This document shows positions 56,485 through 64,000 of a DNA stretch of 64,000 bases, piece after piece (positions within the stretch are counted from its first letter, which is position 1; every line of letters starts with the position of its first letter). The position numbers and the translations under genes were made by a program. Source of the DNA: the human T2T-CHM13v2.0 reference genome, Homo sapiens; NCBI GenBank assembly GCA_009914755.4, contig CP068257.2:12800001-12864000 (forward strand). Reading direction: 5' to 3'. The notes below the pieces were generated by a model. It saw only the letters and a program-made list of their open reading frames with translations. It did not search any database and was not told the DNA's origin.

Positions 56485-58899
56485 TTCAAAGAAGTTACTT
56501 ACTAGTTATAATGAAGAAAACTTCAACATTCTTGACAAAAAGCTCTCACATAGTTTGATGACATGTTTCTGTTTCTGTTATTGTATCAATTTATCAACTT
56601 ATAACTGTAGAGTCTGCAGTATAATTTACAAAACACTTTTGCCTACTCTAAGTTATTTTTGCTCACAACACACTTCTTAGATACATAAAGGAGGTATCAT
56701 CATTATTAATGTAGATATTACAGAAAAAGAAACAGAGATATTAAACGACTTCTCAAAAGCTTGCAGGAAGTTAACGGCAGAACCAGAACTCAAGTTCAAG
56801 TTATCTTAACCAAAAATTGATGCTCTTTTTATTTATACTGTCAAAGTAATATATATGTAACAAAGCTCAAGTTATCATTCCAGGAGGTGCTCCCTAGCTG
56901 GGGAAGGAGATGAAAGAGAAGTCTGTTACTCTATATATTTCTAGTGCATCTGAAAAATTTATCTATGGTATAAAATAAACCCATTTCAAGTATTTCATTC
57001 ATCTAAAATAAAGAAATTTTGCAGAATTCACATAAAAGTATGTGTACACTAAGGATAAATTATGCTACTTAATTCTTTTTAAGGTATTCATGCTCTCCTC
57101 TTATTAAGAAGAGATAACATTTAGATTGAGCTCACAGCAAAGTTTAGATTGAAGTATGAATGAATCATATTAGTATGGACAAACCAATTGGTCTTTTTCT
57201 TTACTCACATCTAAGACCATAATTAACTATAGGCTGCCAGTTATTGGCAAGGGTAGAAAACCTCATGGGGATATTTATTTGTAAAGAAAATTTATTTCTA
57301 TGCAAATAGGATGCCTATGTTCAAGAGTTATAGTTCCTCCTTTGAGACTTAAAACTTTCTGCCCCAGAGAGGACTTTACAGATTCTAATATTTTTGCCCT
57401 TTTTAAGTGTCTATCCTCAAACAAACTAAGCATCAAGCCTGCTACTAAAAATATTTTTTCCTGCTGCTCTGAGAATGTGTGTTCTTCCATCTAAAAAACA
57501 AATTTTACTTGTAATGGTATAATTCACCATGACTGAACTAACTGGTCTATCTTGTGATCATCTGTCTGTCTAGTCCTGTGATCTGTTAGGCTTTCTGCCT
57601 TTAATGAAAGGGAATCAAATCATAGGTTGGATGGTATCAGCTAGGGAGACTGAGAAGCTCTCCTGAAGCTCTGGAAAGTTTCTAGGCATGGAAACCCTTC
57701 ACTGCATCCTTCCTATTATCCTTGAAACTTGTAAATTTGCAACTTTATCCTTTAAAGGTATATACCTGTGCATTCCAGGAAAGCCCACAGGTCATCAAGC
57801 AAAGACTCAATTTCATTTTGGATAAGACCCTTGATGGAAATAATAGTATTTCAATTTTCATGGGTAACTGGGGAATTCCTGTTGTGTCCTGTAAGAGCTC
57901 CACAAAAACTCACCTCAGGCAGCAGCAGCAGTGGTCCCTTGGCACGGTATTGTACGGAAGTTGAAAGACTATCCTGAGTCAAACTGTGTTGTGTTTATTT
58001 CCTTCTACTGCTCTCTCCCACAATGGTTACTAGGTTATGGGTACCCTTTCCCCAAGACTTGAACTTAGACATCAGATCATTCCATATACATAACTAAGGA
58101 GCTTACTGTGGGGAACAGTGCATTTTTAATTCTCCAGTTGAGCTCACTCTGATTTAATAGCATGGAAGGGATCAAGAGAAGGGCTGAAGACCTTAAATGT
58201 TAAATAATAATATAAATACTCCATAATATATCATAATTATTAGTTAACATTGGTTTAGTGTTAACAATATAGAAAATTCATACTTTATGCCCTTTGACTT
58301 TTAGCACTTTGTGATACTAGAAAGGAATAATTTAACATCTATGAATTCTTTTAGCGCAAAACCTTCTTCTCTTTGTGCTATTGTAACTCACCCCTCTCCT
58401 TGAGTGTGAGCAGGACTATGAAAATGATGGATATCACACTCATGATTATGTTACCCTTATATAATAGGAGGGACTTTGCAGATCCATTTAGTGTACTGAA
58501 TTATTTGATTTTGAGTTAACTGAAAGGGAGATTATCTTGATGGGTCTGACAAATCAGGTAGGATCCCTTAAAAAAAAAGATTAAGGCCTGAGTGAGCTTT
58601 TTCCTGTTCATCCTGAAAGAGCCAACTGCCGTATTGTAGAGAGGGCCTTGGCTGGTGGAATCTAGAGGCTTAGAATGGACTCCAGTTGATATCCAGCAAG
58701 AAAATGGGGTCCTTAGTCCTACAACCACAAGGAACTGAATTCTGTCAAAAGCCAGTGAACTCAGAAGAGAACCCTGAGCCTCAGGTGAGATCACAGCTTT
58801 CTTAGAATTCAGTTGAGCCCATAATTATGACCTACAGAAACTGTGAGCCAGCAATACATTTGTGTTGTTTGATGCCTCTGAGCTTGAGGTAATGTGTTA

Positions 58900-61800
58900 C
58901 ACAGCAATAGAGAATGAATACAGAGGATAAGAGTAAGAAGGGGGAATTCAGGAGGGAATATCACCAGGAGAAAGGTCTCTGGTTACTCATAGCAACCAAC
59001 TTAAAAAGTACTAGACATTTCCGGGGCATCATGGCAGACGGCAGGCAGGACCAGATTGCAGCTCCAACTCGAGCAGAGGAGTGTGTGGATGCTCACATGA
59101 TGAATTTTGGCTCCAGAACGATTGCAGAAATAAATTAGGAAACCTGGGAGGACTCACAGATCCCCTGAAGGAAGTGAATTCCTCCTTCAGTAAACAGGAG
59201 ACAATCTAAATACCGTGCTGGCATCCACAGCTGAGAGGCCCACAGACAGTTAACATCATAAGACTCTGTGCAGACAACCCTTAGTACCAGCCTGGAGCCT
59301 GGTAGACTAGTTGGGTGGCTAGATGTAGAAGACAGGTAACAATCATTACAGATTGCTCTCAGGAAGCCTCATCCATAGGAAGAGGGGGAGAGTACTACAT
59401 CAAGGGAACACCCCATGGGACAAAAGAATCTGAACAACAGCCTTCAGTCCTAGACCTTCCCTCTGACAGAAACTACCCAAATGAGAAGGAGCCAGAAAAC
59501 CAACTCTGATAACATGACAAAACAAGCTTCTTTAACACCATCAAAAAAATCACACTAGCTCACCACCAATGAATCCAAACCAAGAAGAAATCCCTGATTT
59601 ACCTTAAAAAGAATTCAGGAGGTTAGTTATTAAACTAACCAGGAGGCACCAGAGAAAGGTGAAGCGCAAGGTAAGGAAATCCAAAAAACGATCCAAGACG
59701 TGAAGGGAGAAATATTCAAGGATAGATAGCATAAATAAAAAACAATCAAAACTTCAGGAAACAATGGACATGCTTATAGAAATGCAAAATGCTCTGGAAA
59801 GTTCCAGCAACAGAATTGAATAAGTAGAAGAAAGAAATTCAGAGCTCAAAGGCAAGGTCTTTGAAATTATCCAAACCAACAAAGACAAAGAAAAAGAATA
59901 AGAAAATATGAACAAAGCCTCCAAGAAGTCTGGGATTATATTAAATGACCAAACATAAGAATAATCAGTGTTCCTGAGGAAGAAGAGAAATCTAAAAGTT
60001 GGGAAAACGTATTTGGAGGAATAATCAAGGAAAACTTCCCTGGCCTTGCTAGAGATCTAGACATCCAAATACAAGAAACACGAACCTAGGAAATTCATTG
60101 CAAAGAGATGATTGCCTAGGCACATTGTCATCAGGTTATCTGAAGTTAAGACAAAGGAAAGAATCTTAAGAGCAATGAGACAAATGGACCAGGTAACCCA
60201 TAAAGGAAAACCTATCAGATTAACAGCAGATTTCTCAGCAGAAACCCAACACGCTAGAAGGGATTGGGACCCTGTCTTCAGCCTTCTCAAACAAGACAAT
60301 TATTAGCCAAGAATTTTGTATCCAGCAAAATCAAACTTCATATATGAAGGAAAGATACAGTCTTTTTCAGACAAACAAATGTTGAGAGAATTTGTCACTA
60401 CCAAGCCACTAAAAGGAGCTCTAAATCTTCAAACAAATCCTGGAAACACATCAAAACAGAACCTCTTTGAAGCATAAATCTCACAGGACCTATCAAACAA
60501 AAATACAATTTAAAAAACACAAAAAACCAAAAAAAATGTATACAGGCAACAAATAGCATGATGAATGGAATAGTACCTCATATCTCAATACTAACACTGA
60601 ATTAAATGGCCTAAATTCTCCACTTGAAAGTTACAGAATTGCAGAATGGATAAGATTTCACAAACTATATGCTGCCTTCAAGAGACTCATCTAACACATA
60701 AAGACTCACACAAACTTAAGGTACAGGGGTGGAAAAAGATATTTCATTCAAATGGACACCAAAAGTGAGCAGGAATAGTTACTGTTATATCAGACAAAAC
60801 AAACTTTAAAGCAACAGAAGTTGAAAAAGACAAATAGGGACATTATACAATGATAAAAGGCCTTGTCTAACAGGAAAATATCACAATCCTAAACATGTAT
60901 GCACCTAACACTGGAGCTCTCAAATTTGTAAAACAATTACTAATAGGCCTAAGAAATGAGATAGACAGCAACACAGTAATAGTGGGGAACTTCAGTACTC
61001 CAGTGACAGCACTAGACAGGTGATCAAGACAGAAAGTCAACAAAGAAGCAATGGATTTAAATTATACCCTGGAACAAATAGACTTAACAGATACATACAG
61101 AACATTCCATCCAACAACCTCAGAATATACATTCTATTCAACAACACATGGAACTTTCTCTAAGATAGACCATATGATAGGACATAAAATGAATCTCAAT
61201 AAATATAAAAAAATTGAAATTATATCAAGCACTCTTTCAGACTACAATGGAATAAAACTGGAAATTAACTGCAAAAGGAACCTTCAAAACCATGCAAATA
61301 TATGATCCCTGGGTGAAAAATGAAATCAAGATGGAAATTAAAAAATTCTTTGAACTGAACAACAATAGTGACATGACCTATGACAACCTCTGGGACACAG
61401 CAAAGGGGGTGCTAAGGGGAAAGTGCATAGCCCTAAACACCTACATCAAAAGGTCTGAAAGAGCCCAAATGGACAATCTAAGGTGACACCTCAAGGAACT
61501 AGAGAAACAAGAACAAACCAAACTCAAACACAGCAGAAGAAAGGAAATAACCAAGGTCAGAGCAGAATTAAATAAAATTGAAACAAAAAAATATGAAAGA
61601 TAAATGAAACAAAAAGCTGTTTTTTGAAAAGATGAATAAAATTAATAGACCATTAGTAAGAATTCAAATAAGCTCAATATGAAATGAAACGGGGTATTAC
61701 AACTGACACTACAGAAATACAAAAGATCATTCAAGGCCACTACGAACACCTTTGCATGCATAAACTAGAAAACCTAGAAGACATGGATAAATTCCTGGAA

Positions 61801-64000
61801 AGATACAACTCTCCTAGCTTAAATCAGGAAAAATTAGATACCCGGAATAGACCAATAACAATCAATGATATTGAAATGGTAATTTTAAAATTACCAACAA
61901 AAAAAGTTGAGGACCAGACCTATTCACAGCAGCATTCTACCAGACATTCGAAGAAGAATTGGTACCAATCCTATTGACACTATCCCACAAGATAGAGAAA
62001 GAAGGAACCCTCCCTACATCATTCTATGAAGCCAGTATCACCCTAATACCAAAACCAGGAAAGAGGGTAACCAAAAAAGAAAACTACAGACCAATATCCC
62101 TGATGAACATAGATGCTAAAATTCTTAACAAAATACTAGCTAACTGAATTCAACAACATATCAAAAAGATAACCCACCATGATCAAGTGGGTTTAATACC
62201 AGGGATGCTGGGAGGGTTTAATATATGCACTTCAATAAATGTGATACACCACATAAACAGAATTAAAAACAAAAATCACATGATCATCTCAATAGATGCA
62301 GAAAAAGCATTAGACAAAATCCAGCATTTCTTCATGATTAAAACTCAGCAAAATAGGCATACAAGCGACATACCTCAATATAATAAAAGCCATCTATGAC
62401 AAACCCACAGTCAACATAATGCTGAATGGGCACAAGGTGAAAGCATTCCCTTTGAGAACTGGAACAAGATAAGGATACCCACTCTCACCATTCCTCTTCA
62501 ACACAGTACTGGAAGTCCTAGCCAGAGCAATCAGACAAGAGAAAGAAATAAAGGGCATCTAAATCACTGAAGATGAAGTCAAACTGTCACTGTTTTCTGA
62601 TGATATGATCATTTACTTAGAAAACCATAAAGACTCTTCCAGGAAGCTCCTAGAACTGATAAAAGAATTCAGCAAAGTTTCTGGATACAAAATTAACGTA
62701 CACAAATCAGTAGCTCTTTTATACACTAACAGTGATCAAGCTAAGAATCAAATCAAGAACTCAACCCCTTTTACAATAGCTGCAAAAACAAAAACAAAAA
62801 CAAAACTTTGGAATATGCCTAACTAAGGAGGTGAAAGACCTCCACAAGGAAAAGTACAAAGCACTGCTGAAAGAAATCATAGATGGCACAAACAAATGGA
62901 AACATGTTCTATGCCCATGGATAGGTAGAATCAATATTGTGAAAAGGACCATACTGTCAAAAGCAATCTACAAATTCAACAGATTTCCCATCAAAATACC
63001 ACCATCGTTCTTCACAGAATTAGAAAAAACAATTCTAAAATTCATATGGAACCAAAAAAGAGCTTGCATAGCCAAAGCAAACTTGAGCAAAAAGAACAAA
63101 TCTGGAGGCATCACATTACCTAATTTCAAACTATACTATAGGCTATAGTCACCAAAACAGCATGGTACTGGTAAAAAAAAAAAAAATAGGCACATAGACC
63201 AATGGAACAGAAAAGAGAACCCAGAAATAAATCCACATACTTAACGGCCAACTGATTTTTGAAAAAGCAAACAAAAACATAAAGTGGGGAAAGGACACCC
63301 TTTTCAACAAATGGTGCTAGGATAACTGGCTAGCCATATGTAGGAGAATGAAACTGGATCCACAACTCTCACCTTATAGAAAAATCATCTCAAGATGGAC
63401 TAACGACTTAAATCTAAGATCTGAAACTATAAAACTTCTAGAAGATAACATTGGAAAAACCTTTCTAGACATTGGCTTAGGCAAGGATTTCATGACCAAG
63501 AACACAAAAGCAAATGCAATAAAAACAAAGTTAAATTGCTGAGACTTAATTAAACTAAAGAGATTTTGCATGGTAAAAGAAACAGTCAGCAGAGCAAACA
63601 GACAACCCACAGGGTGGGAAAAAATTTTCACAATCTATACATCTGACAAAGGACTAATATCCAAAATCTACAATGAACTCAAATCAACAAGAAAAAAAAA
63701 CAAACAATCCCATCAAAAAGTAGGCTGAGGACATGAATAGACAATTCTCAAAAGAAGATACACAAATGGCCAACAAACACATGAAAAAATGCTCAACATC
63801 ACTAATGATGAGGGAAATGCAAATCAAAACCACAATGTGATACCAGCTTACCCCTGCAAGTATGGCCACAATCAAAAAATTAAAAAATTGCAGATGTTAG
63901 CATGGATGTACTGAAAAAGGAACACTTCTACACTGCTGGTGGGAGTGTAAACTAGTACAACCACTATGGAAAACAGTGTGGAGATTCCTTAAAGAACTAA
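58900..64000 (+). mobile_element. Near-full-length, degenerate L1 (LINE-1; older primate L1PA/L1PB-like) with 5' UTR, ORF1 and ORF2 remnants; truncated by the window end before its 3' end
   Basis: ORF1 C-terminal homology appears at ~60112..60306 ('HIVIRLSEVKTKERILRAMRQ...KGKPIRLTADFSAETQHARRDW', cf. L1 ORF1 '...RHIIVRFTKVEMKEKMLRAAREKGRVTLKGKPIRLTADLSAETLQARREW'). The ORF2 endonuclease region starts ~60555 ('atgatgaatggaatagtacctcatatctcaatactaacactgaattaaatggcctaaattctccacttgaaag'). Reverse-transcriptase motifs lie ~61960..62400 ('[20 protein letters not shown]', '[14 protein letters not shown]'). The ORF2 C-terminal region continues to 64000. Many stops and frameshifts make it non-autonomous. 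The 5' boundary (~58900) is approximate. Confidence 0.85.
59515..63950 (+). pseudogene. Disrupted L1 ORF1/ORF2 coding remnants inside the L1 above (source of ORF-track hits 60112..60306, 61051..61305, 61292..61486, 61684..61977, 61959..62147, 62187..62399, 62605..62826, 62831..63148, 63348..63542)
   Basis: The fragmented ORFs on the + strand carry L1 ORF1 and ORF2 (EN and RT) signature peptides. None is intact. Confidence 0.8.

Noticed and set aside
60112-63631. Nine + strand ORFs of 62-105 aa with reverse-transcriptase/endonuclease-like peptides
   Set aside because: They are fragments of the degenerate L1 ORF1/ORF2 and are interrupted by many stops and frameshifts. They are not host genes and not an intact retroelement protein.

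Overview
This window reads as primate, most likely human, genomic DNA rather than a prokaryotic or accessory-element locus. It is AT-rich and CpG-depleted, has no long uninterrupted ORFs, and is peppered with Alu SINEs, L1 LINE fragments, a near-full-length degenerate L1, and microsatellites. The one protein-coding signal I can support is the 3' end of SAMSN1 (SH3/SAM adaptor of the SLY family; chr21q11.2 by inference) on the minus strand, as three clean splice-bounded coding exons. The exon at 55863..56069 encodes the C-terminal half of the SH3 domain plus a basic linker. The exon at 53778..53928 encodes the SAM domain. The exon at 41247..41449 encodes the acidic/Ser-rich C-terminus and the TGA stop, followed by a 3' UTR with AATAAA signals. 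Their translations join in frame across the splice junctions and match the SAMSN1 C-terminus as I remember it. The window ends inside the upstream SAMSN1 intron, which carries an antisense L1 more than 5 kb long. Positions about 1..41000 are intergenic sequence downstream of SAMSN1. Notable non-genic features are a ~330 bp pure-purine compound tetranucleotide repeat, (GAAA)n/(GGAA)n, grown from an Alu poly-A tail, a (CA)19 microsatellite, two same-orientation copies of one interspersed repeat family, and a CpG-enriched ~500 bp block about 2.3 kb beyond the SAMSN1 3' end with a short ATG-initiated ORF and a strong splice donor. I see no CRISPR array, operon-like gene cluster or novel 'system'. 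Most ORFs in the supplied track are artefacts of repeats (Alu, L1 ORF1/ORF2 remnants, microsatellites). All gene and repeat names rest on my recognition of the sequence, not on a database search.
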